DNA of 63,454 nucleotides, filler included, from Elsinoe ampelina (taxonomy: Eukaryota), in the NCBI GenBank assembly GCA_010093995.1. It is 4 parts of 4 records of this genome, joined end to end, with 100 filler letters (N's around TTAATTAATTAA, not from the genome) between each part and the next. Parts side by side here need not be neighbours in the genome. Positions count along the whole stretch, not along the records: positions 35,107 to 49,428 come from ML992566.1; positions 49,529 to 63,454 come from ML992567.1; 2 more parts are not named here. One strand, 5' to 3'. Below, one piece after another: positions 35,304 to 51,891 of this stretch. A model generated the notes under the pieces. That model ran no database searches, had not been told where the DNA came from, and was given only the letters and a program-made list of their open reading frames with translations. A program made the position numbers and the translations under genes. Positions within the stretch are counted from its first letter, which is position 1, and the number at the start of each line of letters is the position of its first letter.

Positions 35304-38300
35304 ATGGAGACCGCACGGAAAGGTTCGACATCCGGCTCCATCGCTGAATCATGGAGGTCCTCCGAGACGGTCAAGGGAGAAGCCACCAGATTCGCTAGTC
35401 TCGAAACTCCTCCACGGACCAAGTCGACAAGAAAGTCACCGTACGTGTCTTGACACCTTGAGGTTGACTGTAGGAGCTGCTGAAAGAGCTTCTACTATAC
35501 GGCCACAAACGGATTGATAGCTGACATCCCCCCAGACTAGATAGAGACCTGGAAATATCTCCGCACACGGTCGTCACTCCGGGCTCGAGACACAACGTAG
35601 CTCCTTGGGAAGCCGATGACCTGTCCGGCGACCATCGAAAGGACCTGTCGCGACTCAACGCAGGTCCTCCTGTACCTCCCAAAAACGGCCATTCGCCGAA
35701 CAATTCGACCTCGCATTCGCCCGCCGGACCCTTCAAAGATCCGACACCACAATACAGCCGCGCAAACAGACCTTCACGTTTACCGTCCAGTGTCTTCGGC
35801 GCCAGCTTCGATGTCAACGACGACTTCGGCGCCATGTCGCCGGGCTTCCATCCCATGAACAGCGGGGATTATCTGCAGGAAGAAAGACGGCCATCAGTCG
35901 CGAGCTCTTCGACGGTATCATCAACCGCGTCGGGCTCACGCCTTGCTACAACATTCAAGAAAAAGAAGCTCCAGGGTTTCTTTGGTGAGGAATACGCAAA
36001 CGAGCATGGTAATCGCCAGGGCTCAGATGGCAGTCTTGCTCAGAGCATGCAGACTGTCGGCGATGGCATGTCGATGCTGTCACGTCCGTATGGAGGCAAC
36101 GATGATTCCCGCTCGATGAGATCCAGGACAATTGGAGGACATGGTGCATCGGTCATGTCAAGACAAGGATCGACATCAGGATACCGCCCACCCAGTCCAA
36201 ACGGTTCCATCAAGCCGAAAGGACCAAAGCCGAGTAGTGAGGTCACACCATGGGACTTTCAAGAGACAAATGTGAGTGCGGACGTTGACCAAGGACTTTG
36301 ATCTTCCTGGGAGGGAAGTCGCGCGGGAGAGCAAGACTGATGGACCACAGGACGTTCCTCAACTACCAGAATCCGGCACTGCGACACCGAACAAGTCCAA
36401 AGCTCCCGGACGATTACATTTGCCAGGTCACCGACATAATAAGAGCCAGGATGAGAAGAAGAGTTCGCAGGACGACGGACGACCGGCTGGTAGAGATTAT
36501 GATCAAAATGGTATTCGCGCGTCAGTGAGCTCGACATCAACACTCAAGCCTAGATCTTCAAGTCCCACTCCGAGCATGGGTAGTATCCAGAGCAGAGACA
36601 CCACGTTCTCTACTAGGACAGCATCGACTTCACAAGGGGGAAAGCGCTCCATATTCTCACGAGTCACTGGTCGGCATAAGGATAGTCCACCAGATCGTTC
36701 GTTGAAGACACTTCCATCTTCTGCGGGTACCTTTACTCCATCACCACGACATCCCAGCGTCGTCAGCACAGTCGATACCTCCAAATCGAACAAGAACAGG
36801 AAACCCACACTCGCTGATCTCGGCAGACCATTTGGTGGGAACGAGAAGACAGCATCGAAGGAGAAACACCGCTTGCCCTTCAAGTCGTCAAAGAAGGGCG
36901 ACTCAAGAGATGATGGACCGAGGACGAAAGATCCGAATGGTATCAAGACAGATGGGAACGGCAATGTCGCGGCACTGTGGCATTTGGACACTGATATGGG
37001 CAACATGGAGGGTATTATCGACCTGCAGCAATTACGGCAGCCCTCTTTTGTCATGACTCCACCAGTTGGCAAGTTTGACAATGCTGAAGAAGGTTTCCCT
37101 TTCAATGTACCGGAGCCACCTCCGGATGCGCCAGGCGCCGGTGCCTGGGATGCCCCCGACAGTTGGGCTGTCAAGCGGATACCAGATATGCCGGCCGACA
37201 ATGATGAGGAAGAAGAGAATGGACCAAAGGACAAAGATGCTGGACCAATGTTCTTCATGCGCATCTTCCGTGCTGACAGTACTTTTGCTGTCATCTCAGC
37301 TGGCGTCAACACCACATCGTCAGAATTGATACAGACTATGGCCAAGAAGACCTACCTCCAAGATGAGCTGGATACCTACCAGATTGTCATGCGAAAGAGA
37401 GGACTCAGCCGGCAACTTTCTGGGTTTGAGAAGCCTTTACAGATTCAGACAGCACTTTTGCAAATGGCAGGATATCAAGACAATGACAACCTGTCGGATC
37501 TGGGAAGAGAAGATCATGGATACCTCTGTCGATTCACGTTCTTGCCTTCGAAAATGACGGGATATTCGAGTCTGGAAAAGGATCCAGGGTTCAATAAGAT
37601 GCAAAGATTCAACCATATCGATCTGGCTGGCCGTAATTTGGTCACCATCCCAATCGCTCTGTATCAAAAGGCAAGCGAAATCATCACGCTCAACTTGTCG
37701 CAAAACCTGTCTCTCGATATCCCAAAGGACTTTATGCAAAGTTGCATGAATCTAAGAGAGGTCAAATACACCAGCAATGAGGCTACTCGTATACCTTCGA
37801 GCTTTGCCCTTGCTGGCAAATTGACCATGGTGGACTTTTCCAACAATCGACTGGAGAATCTCGACTACTCCGATCTGGATAGACTGCAAGGTTTGATCAG
37901 CTTGAAGCTATCCAACAACAAGCTCGTCGCATTGCCAGACTACCTGGGTCATTATCAAGCGCTGCGAAGTCTTAACCTGGCGTCAAACAGCTTGACAGAA
38001 TTCCCCGACTTCCTCGGCGAGCTCAACACTCTTGTCGATCTTGATGTCTCCTTCAACAGCATCTCCTCTCTACCAAGCGTCGGAAAACTAACCAACCTCG
38101 AACGCCTCTTCGCCACAAACAACAAGCTGTCCGGATCATTCCCTGACAACTTCAAAGACCTTGTCAGCCTTAACTCTCTCGATGTGCGTTTCAACACGAT
38201 TGACAGCATCGATGTCATGTCACAACTTCCCAAGCTAGAACATCTTATGGTCGGGCACAACTCCATCTCCGCTTTCGAAGGAACATTCTCACGACTCAAA

Positions 38301-41300
38301 CTCCTCTTTATCGATCATAACCCAGTCACTCGATTCGGTCTTGCATCTCCTGTACCGTCACTCTCTGTACTCAATATCGCGTCAGCCAAGCTAGCGCAGC
38401 TTCCTGATGACCTGTACATGAAAATGTCCGGGCTCACCAAGCTTGTATTGAACAAGAATCATTTGGTTAGCGTATCGTCACAAGTTGGCCGACTTGCAAA
38501 GCTCGAACATCTCAGCATCGCAAAGAATGCTCTCGATAGTCTCCCACCTGAGATTGGACATCTGCAGAATCTGCGCTACTTGGACGTAAGGGAGAACAAT
38601 CTCAATCGACTCCCTTCGGAGATCTGGTATGCACGGAGACTTGAAGCTCTCAACGTAGCGTCGAACGTGCTTGCAGACTTTCCCAAGCCAGGTAATCCAC
38701 CCAAGGACATGCCTGGAGACATCATGGGTCAGACTCCAACTGTGACGCCCGGCACATTGTCATCAAGCCCCGACTTTGATGAACTTGGCAAGCTCGAAGG
38801 CTTCCAGATGCGGAGACCCAGCTATGTTGGGGGGCCCATGCCAGCAGGTCAGACGTCACCAGGACCGTCCCAAAATCTGCGCAAAGGATCAACGGCATCA
38901 GCGTTAAGCTCTGGTCGCAACCCATCCTTGACAGCAAGGTCGTCACAAGAGTCTAACCTTGGCACTCCTACTCCAGCAAACAGGAAAGATTCCACACTTT
39001 CTGGGAAGCTTGCGCAGACATTCACATCCAGTCTCCGCACCCTCATCCTTGCCGACAATCGACTGACTGATGATGTTTTTGACGAATTGATGTTACTTAC
39101 GGAATTACGACAACTGAACTTGTCTTACAATGAGATTTACGACATGCCCCCAAGGACGATCAAGCGATGGCCCAACTTGACCGAGCTGTACCTGTCCGGT
39201 AACGATCTCACCTCTCTCCCAGCTGAAGACCTTGAAGATGGCTCCTCTCTACGAATCCTCCACCTCAACAGCAACAAATTCCAGGTCTTGCCAGCTGAGA
39301 TTGGCAAGATTCAGAAGCTGCAGACGCTGGACGTGGCGTCTAATTCTCTAAAGTACAACGTGACCAATTGGCCGTACGATTGGAATTGGAACTACAACCC
39401 ACAATTGCGTTACCTGAACTTGTCGGGCAATAAGCGTCTGGAGATTCGTCCTAATGCCAATGCGATCACGAGAGGCGAGACTAAGGATCTTACCGACTTC
39501 TCGACACTGACGAATCTTCGCATTCTTGGTCTCATGGATGTGACCCTTACGATTCCTTCTGTACCCGATGAAGGTCCAGATCGGCGAGTGCGTACAGCCG
39601 GCAGTATTATCGGCACCAGCATTCCGTACGGTATGGCTGACACTCTTGGTCGTTCTGAACATCTCAGTACTCTGGACATGGTCATTCCCAACTTCCAAGG
39701 TCACGAAGATCAGACCGTGTTCGGCATGTTTGATGGTCAAGCTCTATCATCTGGAGGCTCTCGTGTTGCTCGATACCTTCATGAAAAGTTCAGATACCAT
39801 TTGTCTGACGAGTTAGAGAAGCTCAAGGCCGACAAGGAGACTCCGATCGATGCATTGAGAAGAGCGTACCTCGGTCTGAACAAGGAGCTTGCAACGGCGG
39901 CTACACAGGCAACTGACAAGCAAGAAGCTGCTCCTGGTACGATACACCGAGCATCAGTCGGTGGACCAGAACTCGGTGACGATGACATCTCATCCGGTGC
40001 TGTTGCTACAGTCTGTTATCTTCACGGCATGGACCTTTATGTATCGAATGTCGGTGACGCTCAAGCCCTACTCATCTCTTCCGAAGGATCGCACCGCATC
40101 ATTACGCAGAAGCACGATCCAGCAGAAGCAGGCGAACGACAACGTATCAAGACTGCTGGTGGCTTCGTTTCTCGACAAGGAAAGCTCAATGATGTTCTGG
40201 AAGTCTCCCGTGCTTTCGGATATGCTCAGTACATGCCAGTGGTGACTGCTGCACCTCATGTGTCCAAGATCTCCCTCAAGGAGACTGACGAGATGATCTT
40301 GCTGGCCTCACGAGAGCTTTGGGATTACTTGACTTTCGACTTCGCAGTGGATATTGCTCGTTCGGAACGTACAGACCTTATGCGAGCTGCGCAGAAGCTT
40401 CGTGATCTGGCCATTGCTTTCGGCGCTACTAGCAAGATCATGGTCATGATGGTTGGTGTCAGCGATCTCCGCAAGAGAGAACGAGCACGGTTCAGGACGC
40501 ACTCCATGTCAATGGGACCAACTGGCATGGCAGACGACTACTTTGCGACAGCACGCAGGGCCAAGCGTGGTCGAGACAATGTTGGCGATTCCAAGCTCGC
40601 CCGTCTAGACCAGGAAGTCGAAGCACCTACTGGAGATGTGTCACTTGTCTTTACCGATATCAAGAACAGTACCATGCTGTGGGAGTCATATCCTGTTGCC
40701 ATGCGTAGCGCTATCAAGATGCACAACGAAGTCATGCGTCGGCATCTGCGAATCATTGGTGGTTATGAGGTCAAGACTGAAGGTGATGCTTTCATGGTAG
40801 CTTTCCCGACTGTCACGTCCGCTCTGCTCTGGTGTTTTACGATCCAAAGCCAGCTTCTCGAAGTTCAATGGCCATCAGAGATCCTCAACTCGGCTCAAGG
40901 TCAAGAGGTTCTCGATGCAGAAGACAATATCATCTTCCGAGGTCTCAGCGTCAGAATGGGTATCCACTGGGGAAGACCAGTGTGCGAAATCGATCCAATC
41001 ACCAAGCGTATGGACTACTTCGGTCCTATGGTGAACAGGGCTGCTCGTATCGAATCCGTTGCCGATGGTGGTCAAATCACAGTGTCGAGCGATTTCATAG
41101 CAGAGATCCAGCGACTTCTTGAGACGCATATCGAAAGCGATCGCGCAGGTTCTGCAGGAAGTGAAGAGACAATGGCGGACGATCACATCAACGCTGCTAT
41201 CCGCAGAGAATTGAGGAGTTTGTCCAGCCAGGGTTTCGAGGTCAAGGATCTCGGTCTCAAGCACCTCAAGGGTCTTGAGAACCCCGAGTACATCTACCTC

Positions 41301-42258
41301 ATGTACCCACACTCTCTCGCCAGTCGTCTCGTTGTCCAACAGCAAAGAGCCGAGGCCGAAGCGGCTGCAGCGGCAGGAACCTCAGAAGGTCGACCACAGA
41401 ACAGTCGACTAGCCGTCGATCCAGAGAGCCTTTGGAAGCTCCGCGACGTCAGTCTGCGACTCGAGATGCTGTGCAGCACACTTGAGACCCCGAATGTCAA
41501 GTCCATCTCCAAGATCGAGCCGACCCTGACCGACCGATCTTACAAGATGGAGGACGGTCAAGTTACAGATCCATTCGTCGTCGGCTTCGTGGAACACCAA
41601 GTCGCACGAATCGAGGTACATGCCTCTGACCCTGCCCTCATTGTATGTCAACTAACCTCCCTCCCAGACAGCCATCACCACCCTCGTCCTCCGCAACGCT
41701 CTCCGCCCCTTCCGACCCGGCAACATGCTCGCCTCCGCATGCCCCATCTCCGACATCCTCGGAGACATACTCGGCCAACTTTCCGAGCTACAAGACATCA
41801 AAGAATCCCACCCTCACCTTCTTTCCTCCAAGCCACACCCACCCTTCCACCGTCCCCAATCCTACGCCTCCAACCCCCGCTCCTCATTCTTCTCCGGTGC
41901 AGGCTCCAGCTCAGGCGCAAACAGGACCAGCGTCCTCTCCAACGGCGCTTCCACAGGCACCGGACCAGTCGCAGGGGCAGGCGCAAACAGAAGCAGCGTC
42001 GCATCGAGCAATCGTCCCAACAGCGTAGTCCGGATCAGCACGGCCACGAGCGGCGGGGACAGGTCGAGTGTGCTTTCCGGCTCGGGCAGGCCGGCGAGCG
42101 TGGTGAGCCAGAGGCCGAACAGTGTGATCAATATCCGTGAGAGGCAGGGGAGGGAGAGGCAGGGGAGCGTGGTGAGTCCCGGCGCGGGGGGACCGGGGGG
42201 GAGGCCGATGAGTGTGAAGAGGATAGGGGAGTTGAGGGGGGAGGGGGGGGAGGAGTAG
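35304..42258 (+). CDS. CYR1: Adenylate cyclase (G-alpha-binding, Ras-association, LRR, PP2C-like, class III catalytic and CAP-binding domains)
   Basis: WDAPDSWAVK, RA domain (MRIFRADSTFAVIS), LRR array, WPYDWNWNYN, PP2C-like region, catalytic VFTDIKNST / VKTEGDAFM / MDYFGPMVNRAARIE. Frame-consistent introns 35441-35535, 36272-36350 and 41616-41667. Confidence 0.97.
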
Positions 42259-43089
42259 GTTCCGCTTATGAAATACCGGAGGAGGGAGGAGCTCAAGGGA
42301 GGATGGGACGACGAGACGAGACGAGATGAGATGAGTCCGACCGCTCACAGGGCGAAGCACGGGTAGGCAAACCGGAGGATAAACCGGTGGTACCTGGTCA
42401 GCCAAACACGACGGCTGAGCATGAGCAGACCGAGGCAGACGGGGTAAATACGCCGTGGACAGGACGAAGAGCAGAGCAACATCACGCCGAACACGACAAG
42501 TGTTACACGACGAGGGACACGACGAGGGCCACGAAAACGCAAGGGTGGCAATTGGATGGGAATCTTGGGTGTTTGGGATAAGTAGCATCGTCGCATTGGA
42601 CAGCTTCTCGCTTTGAAAAAGACGATAGGTGTTTCGGAGATGCATGGGAATGAAAGCGGGAGGGAATGAGGACATGTAGCGTAGCGATGGGAATTCTCTT
42701 TCGAGCGTTGGGCAGGGAAAAGAGGGAGGGGAGGGGTAATCTATTTACTGGTTTTTCCACTTGATCTGATCAATGTGTCATGGGTGGTGGTGGTGATGTA
42801 GGTGATGTGGTGTCCATGTCTTGACAGTGTTGACGTCTTCGCTATCAACCATTCCCTGCCAAAGTGCGTCCTATCTTCTCATTATATGCTGATTTCATGT
42901 ACATCACGCGAGAGAACGATGGGAAAATAAGTGCAATATATTTCAAGCAACCAGTGCCCGTGACTGTAAAATTTATATCTATACCAACCCCCTCCGCTCC
43001 CCGCAATGTTTCCCGGATTCTATCCATTTGACTTTGTCTCTAGCTCTTGGAAGCATCTCGACCTGCTCATCACACCGTCAGTCTCCCAT

Positions 43090-46379
<3,290 letters not shown>

Positions 46380-47832
46380 ATGGAAAAGGAACGCAAATCA
46401 GCAGAGGTCGAGAGGGCTCCTCAGACGCCTGTCCTGCCTACTGTCAACCCAGAGGCTGAGAAGCCAGCTCCTCCATCAAACTCGATCCATCCAGGTGTCT
46501 ACATTGCGTACGTCCTCAGATAGTCTAACGGTCGCCCACAAACCCTCGCTGATTTTTTCCAGGGCATGGATTGGTCTCAGTTCGAGCGTTATTCTCTTCA
46601 ACAAGTGGATTCTCAGTAGTGCCGGTTTCCGTAAGTAGCTTGGTCAAAAGATTTGAGAGCTTCAGTGACTGACCATGCAACAGGCTTCCGTACGAGATCC
46701 CCATCGAGCATCACATACAAGGAATCCTAACAGATCCCAGCAATTGTCCTGACAACATGGCATTTGGGATTCGCTACCCTCATGACCCAGATCATGGCTC
46801 GCTTCACATCCACTCTCGACTCGAGAAAGAAGGTGCCAATGACTGGCCGCATCTACCTCCGCGCCATCGTTCCAATCGGCCTCATGTTCTCGCTATCGCT
46901 CATTTGCGGTAACTTGACATATCTTTACCTCTCAGTCTCCTTCATCCAGATGCTCAAGGTACGACAATATGCTACAAGAGGAAGTACATCTCTGACACAT
47001 GCCAGGCTACAACTCCCGTCGCTGTGCTCCTGGCTACTTGGTCAATGGGTCTCGCCCCACCAAACATGAAAACTCTCGGAAACGTCTCCTTCATTGTCCT
47101 CGGTGTCATCATTGCCTCTGTCGGAGAGATCAAATTCGTCCTCATCGGTTTCCTCTTCCAGATCGGTGGTATTGTCTTCGAGGCCATCCGTCTTACCATG
47201 GTTCAACGACTTCTCTCCTCCGCCGAGTTCAAGATGGACCCGCTTGTATCTCTGTACTACTTTGCGCCCGCCTGCGCTGTTATGAACGGTCTCACCGCGT
47301 TGGTTGTGGAAGTTCCAAAGATGACCCTGGCCGACATTGAGAAGGTTGGATACTTTAACTTGCTCGCAAATGCCTTTGTTGCCTTTGCTTTGAACGTCTC
47401 TGTGGTCTTCCTGGTAAGTCTGGAGGCACCTAACTTAGATACGGAGCTGACGTATTCTAGATCGGCAGGACTTCCTCCCTCGTTCTCACCCTATCTGGTG
47501 TGCTCAAAGATATTCTCCTTGTCCTCGCCTCGATGCTCATCTTCCGCGATCCGGTTTCTGGCCTCCAGTTCTTCGGCTACAGCATCGCTCTCGGCGGTCT
47601 CGTCTACTACAAGCTCGGTGCCGACAAGCTCAAGGAGTACGCCTCTGAGGGCTCGAGGCAGTGGGCCGATTATGGCAACAGGAGCCCCATTATGAGGAAG
47701 CTCCTCACCATCTTCATCATCTTCATCACAGTCCTCATCCTTCTCGGTGGACTCGGTAGCGCCTTCCCCCAGTACGATCCCAAGGAGTACGCCTCCAAGC
47801 TTACAGGCATGCTTTCCAACAGCGGGCAGTAG
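46380..47832 (+). CDS. glfB: UDP-galactofuranose transporter (TPT/nucleotide-sugar transporter family)
   Basis: Spliced WIGLSSSVILFNKWIL..FRFPIVLTTWHL, YLRAIVPIG, SVSFIQMLKATTPVAV, KMDPLVSLYYFAP and LSGVLKDILLV. Introns 46508-46562, 46631-46683, 46690-46740, 46959-47005 and 47414-47460. Adjacent to UGM, as known in Aspergillus. Confidence 0.92.
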
Positions 47833-48735
47833 ACGGTACACTACTAAGGAACGGAGGATGCGATGATAATGAGATGGACGAGATGAGTTGGATCAGAACG
47901 AGAAGGGATGCAGATCAGGAGATCAAGCAGGGAAGGATACACAATCACCACCGGCTCCCTGCACGCCACAACATTTGTAATATCGCGTGCGCCTCTCGGG
48001 CAAAGACTGCTTGCATACCACCCCGGCGCGGCACAAAAGGGTCTTTCTCATCTTGCATGTATTACGGAGAACGAGTCTTATTGCCTTTGCTTTGATAGCC
48101 TCTTTTGCACTGCGCGCGAGCCAATGGCCATATCCTATACAGATAGATGGATCTTAGTCTTTTTTTGGAATCGATATTACCATATCTCCATGCGCATATA
48201 TTGTATACTGCCTTTGAACGGCGCTCCTTTGATGCTGAATTTGTTTGGTTGATCAAGTATGGTGTAAGTACTGTACATGTCTATAAAACATTTGCTTGCA
48301 TAGGTGACTGACAAGCTGTCTTACTTTCTTGCTGAAGATGTCGTGTCTTTGCCGCCACGGCTGTGTATGTCGAGCTGCAGTCCAACAACCCTTGACGCTG
48401 GCCTGTGGGTCTCTGCTCTCACGCTGAGTTGAGGTGAGATAAGTCCCCACGAGTGCAGTCGTTGCATCTCAGTGTGACCCAGTCGGTAGTGCCGCTGTAT
48501 ACTTATGCGGGGCGTTTCTCTCTTCGAAAGGGCACTCCAGTACCGACTTCTGCCCGAGGACAAGTCCATTGGAGCCCAGGCAGCTCTGCCGCTCACAAGG
48601 TCCTCCCAGCCAGCCTCTCACGAGACTTCTTCTACCCTACCATCCCTCGTCTCCCTCATCCTCCTCGACCTCCTCCCATACCCACCGCATCCAAACCCTG
48701 TAACCTGCAACCCAACCCCTTTCCTTCAAAATACA

Positions 48736-49326
48736 CTACGGCACAACCAACACCCCCATACTCCCCGCCTGCCCCACCACCGACCGTGCAATCTTCTCCA
48801 ACCCCAACCCCTTGAGCCGCGTCTCCTCGCTCTTAATCCTTGCAATCTCATACACATGCTTCAGACTCACCGTGCCCACCGTACCCAGCTTCGCATTCCC
48901 CATGAGTTCTTTCCCGGACGCCTTGCCCGTCTTATCCACGCTGTACGCGGCCCGTCCGTCGACCGCCACGAGCGCGTCGGCCGCTTCTGTCCCGTCCCCT
49001 GGTTCTGATCCTGCAGATCCAGCCCCTGCTCCTGCTCCTGCGCCCGTTCCCGATGTCGAACTGGATGAGGATGAGGACGAGGAGGGAGAACTCTTCGAAG
49101 CACTCGCCACCTGCGCCGCGACCGCCGCGCCCAAAGAGCGTGGTCCGGCCGTGTTGCCTGCGCCGCGCAACTTGTTCTTGACTGGAGCGACGCCCGCTGC
49201 GGACATGAGGAGGGTAGAGGTGGGTGGGGTCCGGATTTGGAAGGTGAAGGAGCGGTCGGGGCGGACGGTCACGAGGGCCGGGATGGGGGTGCCGGGGATG
49301 TAGTGGGCTGTGCGGGCGTTGAATTC
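48736..49326 (-). CDS. MRPL19: Mitochondrial ribosomal protein uL11m (3' exon; 5' exon missing, presumably in the gap)
   Basis: After CTAAC..AAG acceptor at 49327: EFNARTAHYIPGTPIPALVTVRPDRSFTFQIRTPPT...VGTVSLKHVYEIARIK...RSVVGQAGSMGVLVVP. Confidence 0.9.
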   Translation of the reverse strand, partial: EFNARTAHYIPGTPIPALVTVRPDRSFTFQIRTPPTSTLLMSAAGVAPVKNKLRGAGNTAGPRSLGAAVAAQVASASKSSPSSSSSSSSSTSGTGAGAGAGAGSAGSEPGDGTEAADALVAVDGRAAYSVDKTGKASGKELMGNAKLGTVGTVSLKHVYEIARIKSEETRLKGLGLEKIARSVVGQAGSMGVLVVP

Positions 49327-49380
49327 CTTGGTGGTGTTAGCTTGTGTGGCACGGGGAGGGGAGGGGGCAAGGGGTGGGAA

Positions 49381-49428
49381 GAGGGAGGAGAGAGAGGAGA
49401 GAGAGGAGAGGGAGGAGAGAGAGGAGAG
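49381..49428. repeat. Polypurine GA-rich minisatellite (~GGAGAGAGA)n running into gap
   Basis: Read directly; lies in the uL11m intron. Confidence 0.8.
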
Positions 49429-49528
49429 NNNNNNNNNNNNNNNNNNNNNNNNNNNNNNNNNNNNNNNNNNNNTTAATTAATTAANNNNNNNNNNNNNNNN
49501 NNNNNNNNNNNNNNNNNNNNNNNNNNNN
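49429..49528. other. Artificial 100-nt scaffold spacer
   Basis: N44-TTAATTAATTAA-N44. Confidence 0.97.
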
Positions 49529-49935
49529 AGGGGCAGGTGAGTTGTAGGGGACGGGGGGGAAGGGAGAGAGGGGAGGGGGAGGATGGTTGTGATTGTTAAA
49601 TTACCCTGTACAAATATATAGACAGTGTGGTGTTGAGATATATTTCTCTGATCCCGCTTCGATTGGGTTCGCGTTTCCACGGTCTGCGGTACTGATCTTG
49701 TCAGGTCGCTGGTGGTCCTCACACCTCTATTCTTTGATTTATTGCCTGACGATGCGGTAGCATTGATTCGCACAGGCGGCTGACTCTTGCCCCATCACGT
49801 CCGACGCCTCCTCGCCACAGGTTGCTATACCACGTCGGCTTCCCTGCCGCCTTCCAAACGACTGCATAGCATATCGGCTTCCCTGCCCAGCTCTGCTTCG
49901 TCCATCTCTCTCTGGAATCCTTCAAGCATGCTCAC

Positions 49936-51891
49936 CTACCAAGGCTGCACCTCCCCCTTGCCAGGCTGCTGCATCCTCACAATCTTATCACAATTCAACA
50001 AACACAACGGATCAAAAGCCTGCTTCATCTGTCGTCCCGTCAGCCACCCCTTCCCCTCTCTCCTCCCAATCAGACTCACCTTCCTCATCAAATCCACCGC
50101 CCCCCCACCCAACTCATGCACCAAATAATCCCTCTTCACCAAGCCCACCCCATGCTCCCCCGTCGCCGTCCCCTCCATCTCCACCGCCCTCTTGACCATC
50201 CGATGCACCAACTCCTCCGCCAGCCCCTTCTCGGAATCATTATACAGGATGATAGCGTGGAAATTCCCGTCCCCGACATGTCCCACGATACTCCCCGTCA
50301 ACCCACTCGCGCTGATTTCCTCCTTGGTCACCTCCACGATATCAGGCAATCGAGAAATCGGCACCGCCACGTCCGTCGTCCACACGTGGTCCGCGCCGGA
50401 GCGTTTCTTGGCCATGACGCTCCAGAGGGCTTCTTTGCGCGCGGACCAGAGCTCGGCGGCTTCGTCGTCGTCGCGGGCGAATTCGAACGTGCGGCTGCCT
50501 GCGCGCTTGGCGAGGGCGCGGACGATGTCGATGTGCTCCTTGATGGCGGTTTTCGTGCCACCGAACTTGAAGAAGAGGGTGGCTTCTTCTTTCCACCTGC
50601 GCGACGTGGAGCCGGCGTCGTTGATGCAGCGCATTTGCACGTCGTCCAGGAGCTCCACGGCAGCGATGGGGACGCCGGCCCCGACGACTTTGAACACGGC
50701 GTCGGCGGCTTCGCGGACGTTGCGGAACGTGGCGACGGCGACGCTGGTGGCGGCGGGTTTGACGGTGACTTTCAGCACGGCTTCGGTGACGAGGCCGAGG
50801 GTGCCTTCGGAGCCGATGAAGGTGCGGGTGAGGTCGTAGCCGGCCGAGGATTTGCGGGGTCGTTGTTTGGTTTTGACGATGGTGCCGTCGGCGAGGACGA
50901 CGGTGAGGCTGAGCACCCAGTCTTTCATGGTGCCGTAGCGGTAGGCGTTGGTGCCGGAGCAGCCCGTGCCGACCATGCCGCCTATCATGGCGCCGGGGCC
51001 GGGGTCGGGGGGGAAGAAGAGGCCTTGTTCGGAAAGGGTTTCGTTGAGGGATTCCCAGCCCACGGCGGGCTGGACGACCACGTCGAGGTCTTCCTTGTGG
51101 AGAGCGAGGATTCGATCCATACGGGAGAAGTCGACGCAAATACCGCCTCGGGTGGCGGCGAAGTGTCCTTCCAAGCTCGTTCCTCCGCTGTATGCTGTGA
51201 CTGGTATCCGTCTTCGGTGACACACCTTCATGATCTCAGACACCTCTTCCGTTGTAGCAGGACTGACGACGCAGAATGGTCGGTCGCCAGGTAGGATAGG
51301 ATGGGAGGACCACTCGCTGCCAGAGTGGGACGCGAGGTCTGCTTCCGTGGTGGACATGTGATCTTCGCCTACGATGCCACGGAGATCTGTCCATGCCGCT
51401 TCGAGATTCGTAGGAGCAGTGTTGTGCTGCGGTGCTGGCGCTGAAGCAAGTGGGAGGGTCGAGGTCGTGGGAACATCAGGCAGGTTCTTGCCGATCTGAT
51501 AGCCGCCAAAGGCACCGATAAGGAGGACTGTAATGTGTCAGTGGGATGTCCAATCCAAGCAACGTCCCAGCTCTTTCCCAGTCTCTTGCTCTTCATTCTA
51601 ATCCCCGCCTACCAATCGTGATCCACTTGGTAAGAAAGACAGTCACTCACAAAGCGGCGTGACCCATATCGGCGCCCCACTAGGCCGGCTCTGCGCCGCC
51701 CGTATCGCAGCAAACCTATCCTGCTGCGCCCGTTCGCGCTGCACCCGTGCCTGTGTGCTGTCGTAGAGCTGGCCTTTGAAGGACTTATCCGAGTCGGACG
51801 CATAGCAGCGTCTCGAGGGGAGTCGAAGGGCCTTGGGTGTCCGGCGCGCGAGCACCCGCGACCCTATCGAGCGCGCCCATGGTGTCGACAT
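49936..51891 (-). CDS. DLD1: Mitochondrial D-lactate dehydrogenase (cytochrome), FAD-linked oxidase
   Basis: Arg-rich presequence, YSGGTSLEGH, FFPPDPGPGAMIGGM, RPRKSSAGYDLT, GSEGTLG, GHVGDGNFH and GEHGVG. Introns 51650-51528 and 50079-50029. Confidence 0.93.

Noticed and set aside
50116..51294. Long ORFs overlapping DLD1 (likewise 21277-22029, 29847-30773 and 48812-49303)
   Set aside because: Shadow frames expected from high GC3 in well-supported genes on the opposite strand.
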